Source of the DNA: Candidatus Poribacteria bacterium
GTDB taxonomy: Bacteria > Poribacteria > WGA-4E > PCPOR2b
DNA length: 64,000 nucleotides
Direction of reading: 5' to 3'
Assembly: GCA_965218095.1 (NCBI GenBank)
Contig: OZ244587.1
Location: 352,001 to 416,000 of the forward strand
This document shows positions 1 through 8,609 of this stretch, in pieces (within the stretch, counting starts at the first letter, position 1; each line of letters begins with the position of its first letter). Position numbers and translations under genes: made by a program. The notes beneath the pieces are model-generated. The model ran no database searches. It was not told where the DNA came from and saw nothing but the letters and a program-made list of their open reading frames with translations.

Positions 1-548
1 AGCCCTTATATGCCCTTGTAGTGTAGCGATATTGTTGCCCGTCTCTACATCCCATAGTTTGACTGTCTTATCATTAGCCCCCGATGCGAGGACGGTGCCG
101 TTGGGCGAAAACACTACATCCCGGACCGAATAATCCCCCTGTTCTATGAGTGTGGCGATATGTCGGCCCGTCGAAGCATCCTACAGTATGACATCTTCCC
201 TTGACCATGACGCGATTTTGTGCCGTCGGGCGAAAACACCACAAACGCAAACACACCCGTATGCCCGGTGAGTAGCGCGAGTTCACGCCCCGTGTCCACA
301 TCGTAAAGCCAGGCACCAATGAAAGTTACCACAGCGAGGTGTGAGCCATCGGGCGAAAAGGCAGGATACCTAACGCGTCCCTTTCCCAAGCGGGCAATCG
401 CGCCGTTAGGTAAACTCCACGTCTGATAATCTTGATAATTTTGGACAGCGGCAACCTGTGGGAGAAGCATCCCCGCCGCGAGGGAGATCCATAAGAAAAG
501 GCGTGCCCTTGTGGAAACGAGGGTGAAGCGAAAAGGTTGTTTTTTCAT
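1..548 (-). pseudogene. Secreted WD40-repeat protein, disrupted; runs off the window edge
   Basis: Signal peptide followed by 'WSLPNGAIARLGKG' and 'AFSPDG...LYDVDTG...LTGH' repeats. Frameshift near 220 and in-frame TAG at 181-183 (VIL*DAS); further WD repeats ([26 protein letters not shown]) continue to position 1. Confidence 0.85.
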
Positions 549-658
549 TCGGTTTGTACTTCTTATTATTTGTGTGTGAAAGGCATCCGTACCTCGATTG
601 CGTTAACCCGGGGCGATCAAAATATGACAAAGGAGGTTAAAAGTCAAGGCTTTTTTTA

Positions 659-686
659 GTAGGGGCGCGTTATGCCGTGCCCCTAC
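659..686. repeat. REP-like GTAG palindrome
   Basis: GTAGGGGCGCG-TTATGC-CGTGCCCCTAC hairpin directly after the kamA-like gene. Confidence 0.7.
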
Positions 687-703
687 TTGGTGGAGAGACA
701 TCA

Positions 704-1765
704 TTACCAATCTTCTTCATAAAACGGCGTGCTTGGATAGCTGTAAACATTCCCCTCGTAATTTCTCAGCGTGATCTCCTCGTCATCAAACGACACAATC
801 GGATCGGGGATGAGCGCGATTTTGCCGCCACCACCGGGGGCATCAACCACGTAATGCGGGACGCCGAGTCCAGAGATATGCCCACGCAAGGCGGCGACAA
901 TCTCTAGCCCTTTCTTGATAGATGTGCGGAAGTGATCCGTCCCATAAACAAGGTCGGCCTGGTAGATATAGTACGGCTTTACGCGGATTTTGAGGAGCTT
1001 TTTCATCAGCTCGACCATGACCGCCGGATCGTCATTAACGCCTCTGAGCAGCACACACTGATTACCGAGCGGTATACCGGCATCAGCCAGCATGCTACAC
1101 GCTTTCGTGGTCTCCGGTGTGATTTCGCGTGGGTGGTTGAAGTGTGTGTTAATATAGAAGGGATGATACTTCTTGAGAATGGCGCATAACTCCGGTGTGA
1201 TGCGTTGTGGCAGGGTCACGGGGACTCGCGTGCCGATTCGGATGATCTCCAGATGTTCAATTGCGCGCAGACTGCCCACGATGTAATCGATTTTGCGGTC
1301 CGTCAGCATGAGCGAATCGCCGCCGGAGATAATCACATCGCGGATTTCAGGGTGTTCACGGATATACTGTACGCCCATTTCGATATTGTTGTCTGGAATG
1401 GAGTCCGGATCTCCAACTTTGCGTTTCCGCGTGCAGAATCGGCAGTAGATCGGACACATATAGTTGACATAAAATAGCGCCCGGTCAGGATAACGATGCG
1501 TAACATTGGGGACGTGACTATCGTCCTCCTCAGCGAGTGGATCATCCTCTTCAACTCCGGTTCTGATAAGTTCTTTCGGATCCGGGACAACCTGCTTCCA
1601 GATCGGATCGCCCGGTTCTTCAATCAGGCTTAAATAGTAAGGATTGATACGGATGGGAAATACTTCGTGGATGCGCCGCATCTCTTCGACATCGGCATCG
1701 AAGACTGCAGCAAGTTTTTCGGGGGTATTGACCGTATCCCGAACAAGACGTTTCCATTCTTCCAT
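704..1765 (-). CDS. KamA-family radical SAM aminomutase (lysine 2,3-aminomutase-like)
   Basis: CPIYCRFCTRKR cluster motif, DPL.E, HRYPDR, ISGGD, HFNHPRE, and APGGGGK PLP-lysine motif. Confidence 0.93.
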   Translation of the reverse strand: MEEWKRLVRDTVNTPEKLAAVFDADVEEMRRIHEVFPIRINPYYLSLIEEPGDPIWKQVVPDPKELIRTGVEEDDPLAEEDDSHVPNVTHRYPDRALFYVNYMCPIYCRFCTRKRKVGDPDSIPDNNIEMGVQYIREHPEIRDVIISGGDSLMLTDRKIDYIVGSLRAIEHLEIIRIGTRVPVTLPQRITPELCAILKKYHPFYINTHFNHPREITPETTKACSMLADAGIPLGNQCVLLRGVNDDPAVMVELMKKLLKIRVKPYYIYQADLVYGTDHFRTSIKKGLEIVAALRGHISGLGVPHYVVDAPGGGGKIALIPDPIVSFDDEEITLRNYEGNVYSYPSTPFYEEDW

Positions 1766-1795
1766 GAGTTTGTCAAAGCCTTTCTAATAATAAAG

Positions 1796-2374
1796 TCATT
1801 TTTTGTTCTCTTTTATTTTGTCAGGTTGGTAGCCTTTCAGCGTGACCTTTTTTATTTTATCACCCTTGCGGAGCTGATCGACCACATCTAAACCTTCAAT
1901 CACACGTCCAAAGGTTGTGTACTTCCCCTCAAGATGCTTATAGCGTCTGGAGTCTGGATTCAAACAGATGTAAAATTGGCTTCCTGCGGAATTTGGGTGG
2001 GGCTTTCGTGCCATTGCGACAACACCTTTTTCGTGTCTGGGCATTTTAGACCGAAGTTTGCGATCTTGAAATTCACCATAGATTGTCCACCCAGGCCCCC
2101 CGGTCCCATCCCTTTTGGGGTCGCCACCTTGAATCACGAAGTCGGGTACATAGCGATGAAAAGTGACTCCATCGTAAAACCCTTGTTGGATGAGGGTTGC
2201 GAAATTCTCCACCGTTTTCGGAGCAGCATCAGGGTAGAGCTCAATGACAATCCACCCTTGGGTCGTTTCCAAAATTGTATTCGGTTTCGGTTTTTCCTCC
2301 CCTCCTCCGCAAGTGAGAAGAGCAAAAAGAGCAGCCCATAGCCATAGCGGCTTTCGCACAAGCTGGATTTCCAT
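1796..2374 (-). CDS. Cyclophilin-type peptidyl-prolyl isomerase, probably a lipoprotein
   Basis: APKTVENF, FYDGVTFHRYVPDFVIQGGDP, NSAGSQFYI. Hydrophobic N-terminus ending LLTC; ATG at 2374 follows GGAGGAAGG. Confidence 0.92.
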   Translation of the reverse strand: MEIQLVRKPLWLWAALFALLTCGGGEEKPKPNTILETTQGWIVIELYPDAAPKTVENFATLIQQGFYDGVTFHRYVPDFVIQGGDPKRDGTGGPGWTIYGEFQDRKLRSKMPRHEKGVVAMARKPHPNSAGSQFYICLNPDSRRYKHLEGKYTTFGRVIEGLDVVDQLRKGDKIKKVTLKGYQPDKIKENKK

Positions 2375-2458
2375 CAAACCTTCCTCCGAACAACCACAAA
2401 AACGAACAACCACAAAAAATGTCTAAAACTTCTGGACTTTATTCTGTAAAACGCCTTA

Positions 2459-2548
2459 ATTATACCCCTGAAGCGACAGACAGTCAAACGAATTTCTGAA
2501 CATACACGGGCAAAGATCTTGACATAGTCCCTGAAGCGGAAGTATAAT
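2459..2548. promoter_or_regulatory. Divergent sigma70-type promoters
   Basis: Plus strand TTGACA(2519)-18 nt-TATAAT(2543); minus strand TTGACT(2487)-17 nt-TATAAT(2464). Confidence 0.75.
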
Positions 2549-2583
2549 GAGTGAACGTAAAATCAAATGAAAGAGGGAAAAAC

Positions 2584-2901
2584 ATGCCAACAAAAGAAGA
2601 ATTTTATGATCAAGCTTTAACGTATTTTGGAAACAATGAACTTGGCGATGCGGTTGCCGGATTCAGTGAGCTTATCAAACATCATCCTGACTACGTTGAT
2701 GGGTATATTGGGCTTGGACACACCTATGAACGGATGGGCAAATACGATGAGGCAATTGAAGCCATTAAAAAAGCAATCGAAATTAACCCAAAAGATCCGC
2801 TCAATTACACCAGCTTGTCGGTCTGTTATCAGCGCAAAGGGATGATTCCTGAAGCGGAAGAGGCAATGGCGAAATCACAGCAGTTGCAGAAGGGAACGTA
2901 A
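2584..2901 (+). CDS. Small TPR protein
   Basis: TPR consensus (GYIGLGHTYERMGKYDEAIEAIKKAIEINP); GAGGG RBS upstream. Confidence 0.9.
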   Translation: MPTKEEFYDQALTYFGNNELGDAVAGFSELIKHHPDYVDGYIGLGHTYERMGKYDEAIEAIKKAIEINPKDPLNYTSLSVCYQRKGMIPEAEEAMAKSQQLQKGT

Positions 2902-3114
2902 AACGATGGAAATTTGCAAATAAGCAGCCCTGCTACGCGAGGGATCCGATCCATCGGAGTTCTGCAAATGGACTGGGGAGACCTCACAGGGGACTGAGAA
3001 TTGTTGCGAATTTTTCAAACGGATACAAAAGGCATCCATTGAAGTAACATCTACCGATTCTCTACTCTCTTTGGAAATTTTGGTAAACGAAAAACTAAAT
3101 TTTCCTCTTAATTC

Positions 3115-3143
3115 TTGACGGGCAGACTTTTGTTTGTTATAAT
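3115..3143 (+). promoter_or_regulatory. Sigma70-type promoter with extended -10
   Basis: TTGACG-17 nt-TATAAT with TGn; AGGAGG at 3171. Confidence 0.75.
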
Positions 3144-3182
3144 ATATATAACAGTTCGATAATTTTTAACAGGAGGTATCAA

Positions 3183-3764
3183 ATGGGTGCTTTACAGCAA
3201 ATTGAAACGGCAGCTCAAGAGATTATCAAGATCTGCCAAAAAGAACGAACCAATAAGGCAGATAAGGAGAAGCTGCTCAAGCTTCAAGCAGAGGTTTTCA
3301 CCAATATTGAAAATCTCGTTGAATGCGAGATTTGTGGGTCGATCACAGATCTGATTGTGACAATGACGATAGATCCAGTGACAGCAAAATTATGTAAAGA
3401 TTGTGGGGTAGCAGCACTTGAAGCCGGGAAGATTCAGAAACCGACGACGCGGAGGCGATCTGCCCGATTAAGAAAAAAGAAGGAGTCAACGGTGGTGGCG
3501 CCTGAAGCTGGGCCGGGAGCAGAGGAAGGCCCAGCAACTTCCCCGAAACAGACGGACATAACAGATCTGTATGTAGAGGTGGAGAAGCAAACAAAACTCA
3601 AGAGAACGGAGATTAAACGCCTGCATAAAATCATCCAGGAGATTGCGGGCCCCATGAATCTTGAGAACACTATCCTGTATGTCAAGCACGAGGCTGAACT
3701 TGCGAAATTGAAGATTGAACAAAAGACTTTGAGCAAGGCTGTTGAGTTGTTGATGGCAGCGTAA
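3183..3764 (+). CDS. Hypothetical charged protein with a CxxC...CxxC zinc ribbon
   Basis: CEIC and CKDC, basic linker, strong promoter and RBS. Confidence 0.8.
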   Translation: MGALQQIETAAQEIIKICQKERTNKADKEKLLKLQAEVFTNIENLVECEICGSITDLIVTMTIDPVTAKLCKDCGVAALEAGKIQKPTTRRRSARLRKKKESTVVAPEAGPGAEEGPATSPKQTDITDLYVEVEKQTKLKRTEIKRLHKIIQEIAGPMNLENTILYVKHEAELAKLKIEQKTLSKAVELLMAA

Positions 3765-3786
3765 AGCGGGGGCTGAAGGAAATGAA

Positions 3787-4530
3787 ATGAGCCGCATTGT
3801 CAGAGTAGAAGTCGGTCTGATTACGTCGTTGTCGGCGAGTTCAAGTTTTTCAAGCCCGGCACCGATGGTCGTGTACGCCATCCTTCCGTCCTGATCCGAT
3901 TGACGGACGAGGATGGCGTACAAGGCTAGGAACAGGTTGTCCACACACACATGTGGACTTATGAAACCGTCGAGACCGTAGAGACCACATTAATCGGCTA
4001 CCTCGCTGAAGCAGTACTTGGTGCAGATGTCGCGGATGCTGACAAAATCCATGCCCTAATGAACCAGGCGATTCGCCCCGCCTTCTCCGTTGGGCAGCCT
4101 TTGTGCAAAGCCGCCGTTGATCTTGCCTGCTACGACCTTATCGGCAAACGAACCGATCATGCCGTCTCCAGCATCCTGGGAGGAAGTCACGTGGACGCCT
4201 TGACGCTCAGTTGGACAGTCGCCTCACCTGAAATGGCCGTTGTGGAGGAGCAACTTGAGCAAGGGCAGTACGTGACTACCACAACTTTAACATCAAAGTC
4301 GGTACACCGCAGACACCGGCATATGACCTCGCGCTGGCGCATAAAGTGCGTGGATATGCGCACGACGGTTTTCTCTGGACGGATGCCAATACCGGTTACA
4401 CGACGGAGATAGCCCTTGAGCTCGCGCCGAAGTTGGCTGACGCTGGCGTTGATGTGCTGGAATCGCCGTTACCGCCGACGCACGGGGGTATCAGGCGCTC
4501 AAACGTCTGGGCACGCTGCCCATCTTGATG
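3787..4530 (+). pseudogene. Enolase-superfamily (muconate lactonizing/mandelate racemase-like) pseudogene
   Basis: Fragments in several frames (VLIRLTDEDGVQG*, KAAVDLACYDLIGK, WTDANTGY, VLESP). TAG at 3927-3929, frameshifts, C-terminus missing. Confidence 0.85.
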
Positions 4531-4611
4531 GATGAGATGGATGGGCAACCGCAAATCGGCGGCGAGGACTTCATCGCCGGTTGGGTTGTATGAAAACGGA
4601 AGGAGAAGGTC

Positions 4612-5529
4612 ATGGCAACGGTGCAAAAGGACGGTTCCGTGTTACACATTGAAACCGATTGTTATCATGCCGCCGTGCAGACGGAAGGCTATGTCAGCGG
4701 CGTGATGGCAGAGAGTTTCGTAGATAAGCGCACAGGCGCTCGTGACCTGGGCTTCGGTTCGGCCATCGTGGATTTTTTGCTGGAGCCGGGCGTAGACAAT
4801 GAAACAACACCGCCAGCGTTGCGTTATCATTGGGGCAACGCCGTGCATGGTCATATTCTCAAGCGTTATGTGGCGTTACCGCAGATCTGCACCCGGGCGA
4901 AAAAGTTGCCCTTTGAAATCGTGGAAGGCGAAGACTTCGCCGCCGTGCGGCAATGGTTCACATGGGATATCACTCGTCCGCCCTATAAAACGGGCTCGCG
5001 CTGGGAGCAGTGGCTTGTTTTCCCGGACAGCGTCCGTTGGTTCTTCGCTTACGACAAAGTGACCAGCGTCAACGCGGTGGATTCTCTGTTGCTGCGGATG
5101 GACATGCCGGGGCATCTCAAGCATCAGCACGGTGATACTTTTGAGCAAATTTATCTGAGCTATCACGGCTGCATCCCGTCGGGTGCGTTTGCCGATGACT
5201 TTCCTCCTGATGGACGTTACTTCTATCAGCGAAAGGCGGGCAAAGCGCTGAAACAGTTTATTCGCGCGTATCAGTTGCGCAACGGCGTCTGGTTGGCAGG
5301 GATGGCGTTAGAACCGTCGGTGGTTTACGAAGCGTGGTGCCATCAGCGTGGCTATGTTTGCTTCATTCAGGAAATCGGTGGCTGGCAGGTGCACGCCGGT
5401 GACAGCTTTGGCGCCGTACACTTGGTCGGCTTCTTTGAAGACATCGCCGGGATGGAGCGCACCTTTAACGCTCACAGAGGCGCAACAACGCTACGGGTGG
5501 AAAGAGATCAGTGGCGGTTGGAAAGCTAA
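4612..5529 (+). CDS. Hypothetical protein
   Basis: 305-aa ORF with AGGAG RBS; no family recognised. Confidence 0.8.
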   Translation: MATVQKDGSVLHIETDCYHAAVQTEGYVSGVMAESFVDKRTGARDLGFGSAIVDFLLEPGVDNETTPPALRYHWGNAVHGHILKRYVALPQICTRAKKLPFEIVEGEDFAAVRQWFTWDITRPPYKTGSRWEQWLVFPDSVRWFFAYDKVTSVNAVDSLLLRMDMPGHLKHQHGDTFEQIYLSYHGCIPSGAFADDFPPDGRYFYQRKAGKALKQFIRAYQLRNGVWLAGMALEPSVVYEAWCHQRGYVCFIQEIGGWQVHAGDSFGAVHLVGFFEDIAGMERTFNAHRGATTLRVERDQWRLES

Positions 5530-5584
5530 AAATGATTCAATTAATCTGATTTGTCCTTTGATAAGGGAAGAAAGGTGAGAAAAT

Positions 5585-6520
5585 ATGACACAACAACGCA
5601 AAGTTTACCTCAACGGTGAGTTTGTATCCGAAGCCGATGCGAAGGTCTCCATTTTCGACTCGGCGCTGCTGTTCGGCGACATGGTGTTCGAGATGACGCG
5701 GACTTTCAACGGTAAGCCGCACCGGCTGCGCGATCACCTCGAAAGGCTTTATGTGGGACTCAAGATTCTTGAAATTGACTGCGGGCTGACGATTGACGAG
5801 ATGGAGGATGCTACGCTTCAAACGATAGAGATAAACCGTCCATGTTTCCCCGATGGCGCAGATTTTCAAATTATGCACAACGTTTCGCGCGGCGCGCTCG
5901 GGGTCTACCAGTCGGCTTTTCCTGAAGGCTCGCCCCGAACAATCTCCATCAACTGCTGGCCCCTGACGTGGCATGTTGCCGCTGTTGCCGACGCTTATGA
6001 TACAGGCGTCCACGCCGTCATCCCGCCGCAGTGCTCTGTGCCCGCACGTTTGATTGACCCAAAGATCAAAAACCGCAGTCGTGTCTACTATCAGGTCGCC
6101 AACCTGCAAGCACGTAAGGTAGACCCGAAGGCGATGGCGTTGATGACTGATGAGGATGGATTCATCACCGAGGGAACGGGCGCCAATTTCTTTATCGTTA
6201 AGGACGGTGAACTGTTTACGCCGGAGCCGCGCAATATCCTGCGTGGTGTGACCCGGCAGGCAGTCATGGAGTTAGCCGCAGACATAGGGATAAATTGTTA
6301 TGAACGTAACCTGGAGGCTTACGATGTGGCAACAGCGGATGAAGCCTTCTTCACCACCACGCCGTTTGTAATGCTGCCCGTAACACGGTTCAACGGACTG
6401 AAGGTTGGAACGGGAGCAGTTGGTCCCGTAATGCGACACCTGCTGAACGTCTGGAGTGAGATAGTCGACGTGGACATCGTTGCACAAGCGAAGCGGTATA
6501 CAAAGGATGTAAAAAACTAA
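5585..6520 (+). CDS. Class IV (branched-chain/D-amino acid-type) aminotransferase
   Basis: YLNGEFV..DAKVSIFD..LLFGD.VFE, HLERL, ITEGTGANFF, ILRGVTR, ADEAF. Confidence 0.93.
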   Translation: MTQQRKVYLNGEFVSEADAKVSIFDSALLFGDMVFEMTRTFNGKPHRLRDHLERLYVGLKILEIDCGLTIDEMEDATLQTIEINRPCFPDGADFQIMHNVSRGALGVYQSAFPEGSPRTISINCWPLTWHVAAVADAYDTGVHAVIPPQCSVPARLIDPKIKNRSRVYYQVANLQARKVDPKAMALMTDEDGFITEGTGANFFIVKDGELFTPEPRNILRGVTRQAVMELAADIGINCYERNLEAYDVATADEAFFTTTPFVMLPVTRFNGLKVGTGAVGPVMRHLLNVWSEIVDVDIVAQAKRYTKDVKN

Positions 6521-6606
6521 TGCTTTTGAGTTGATGAATGCGAAGGGTATGTGATATACCACCATTTCCTCACTTGTTACTAGCGTGAAAAGTTTCAACC
6601 GGTTCA

Positions 6607-6965
6607 ATGAATAAACGGCAAGTCGTCATGCTCGGACTTAGCTTTAAACCCGGCACCGACGACTTGCGTGAAAGTCCCCTGGTGCGTTTGGCTGATACAT
6701 TAATCGCAAGGGCTTCCACCTGCAGATCTATGATGAGGAAGTGTCTCTCTCAAATTTGTATGGGCGGAATCGGGAGTACATTGAAGGGGTTTTGCCGCAT
6801 ATCAATGAACTTTTAAGTACAGAACTCAAGGAGGTATTGCGCGAAGCAGAGGTATTGATTGTTGGTAAACGCCAGACGCAGGTCGAAATCATCCGTTCTC
6901 AGTTACGTCCCGAACAGGTCATCATTGATCTTGTGCCGATGGGGGACTGGCATCCCGCAGGGTAG
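6607..6965 (+). pseudogene. C-terminal fragment of a UDP-glucose/GDP-mannose dehydrogenase
   Basis: LGLSFKPGTDDLRESP plus GRNREYI...LPHI in a second frame; N-terminal domains absent. Confidence 0.85.
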
Positions 6966-7127
6966 GTATCTGGTATAGACATTCATTCTATGGTCACCGC
7001 ATCGCAGTTGTAGCGGTAAATTGCCGTTAAACTTTCTGGTTGTCAGCGCATCAGTCCGTAAGAGTCAAAACCTTCGGAAGGTTAGGAATCATCTCTTTTG
7101 TTGGGAGCAACCAGCGTGGAGGTAGCA

Positions 7128-8217
7128 TGTGTACCGTCATTATGGCAGGAGGCAAAAGCACTCGCCTTTGGTCTCTGAGTACGAAAGACAATCCCAAACA
7201 ACTATTATCTCTGGTGGGTAATTCCAGCTTAATTCAACAGACGGTGGCTCGCATCGCTCCACTCGTACCGCCACAGGCTGTTTATGTCGTTACTGGAAAA
7301 CCCCTGGAATCAGGAACAAGGCAGCACCTTCCTGGCCTTCCACAGCAGAATATCATCGTGGAACCTGTCAGACGAAACACCCTGCCATGTATTGGTCTAG
7401 CTGCCCTTCATCTGAGCAAACAAAAGGGCGATGATGCAGTGATGGTCGTGCTGCCCGCCGACAGTGTCATCCAGCATCAGGAGTGATTCCATCAGCTTTT
7501 ACAATATGCCGAAAATATTGCGGCAAGCGATAATGTGTTAATCATCTTTGTCCCCCCACGCGAGCTGAAACCGGATATGGTTACATCCATTTCGGTAAAG
7601 TCCTTCATACACAGGATGGTCTCCAGGCCTTCCAGGTGTGTGAGTTCGTGGAAAAACCGGACATGAAGACCGCAGAGCAGTACCTGAAGGACGGAAAATA
7701 CCTCTGGAATAGTGGGATGTTTGTATGGCGGGTTGATGTGATTCTCGATGCTATCAGGACGTATCAGCCTTGCATTTATCAGAAACTAATGGAGGTAGAC
7801 AAGGCTATCGGAACCGAAAGCGAGACTGAGGCGATATATAGCGCCTACTCTCAGATGGAAAGCGTCTCTATCGATTATGGGGTGATGGAAAAGGCGGAGA
7901 ATATGCTTGTGGTTCCTGCAGATATTGGATGGGATGATGTCGGAAGCTGGGCCGCCATGCGCGAGCTATTTGAACGGGATGCCTCTGGAAACGCCGTACA
8001 TGGAAAACACCTGGGAATAGATACACGAAATTGCGTCATTTATAATCGGGCTGCTTTGAGTCCCGATTCCATCGGGGACAAACTGATTGCCACCATTGGG
8101 GTAAGCGACCTCGTCATCGTAGAATCCGAGCATGCGGTATTGGTCTGCTCCATCGAACGCGCACAAGAGGTCAAGGACCTGGTTGATAAGCTCGAAGAAG
8201 GACTGAGCTCAAGTTAG
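7128..8217 (+). pseudogene. manC: Mannose-1-phosphate guanylyltransferase, disrupted
   Basis: VIMAGG.STRLW.LS...PKQLL, EP..RNT, ETGYGYI, FVEKPD, WNSGMF, SIDYGVME, WDDVGSW. TGA at 7484-7486 and a frameshift near 7550. Confidence 0.88.
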
Positions 8218-8609
8218 GTTGAATGCGGCGTCTTTGTACCAAACCGCCCCCCCTCAATTAATTTGATGGCTTATCGTTATTGTTGGTCGATATTCCAAAA
8301 TCGACATCTTTCCCATCAAGATACCCCTTTATCATATTGTTGAGGTAGTCAGTCAATATGCGGAAATTTGTGTCCAAGTACATAACTTCAAAGGTACAAA
8401 GATTGATGGTAGAATCACCAATCAAGTATTCTCTTTTAGACTCGAAATTCAAAGAAGGCGACACACCCTCTAAGATAAGGCGATAATGTATAAACCTGAA
8501 GGCTTGGCATCGAAAACCATGACTGAGTTACAAAACCAGGAGAATAGGAAGTTAGCCTGAGTTAAGGAAATACTCCACAAATCTCTATACGTTTCACATT
8601 TCACGCACC

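Noticed and set aside
2910-3013. SRP RNA, 6S RNA or tRNA-Sec
   Set aside because: It lacks the SRP CAGG/GGAA/AGCAG core, is too short for 6S RNA, and has no cloverleaf or UCA anticodon arm.
7484-7486. TGA in manC as selenocysteine
   Set aside because: Not a Cys position, no hairpin follows, and a frameshift lies just downstream.
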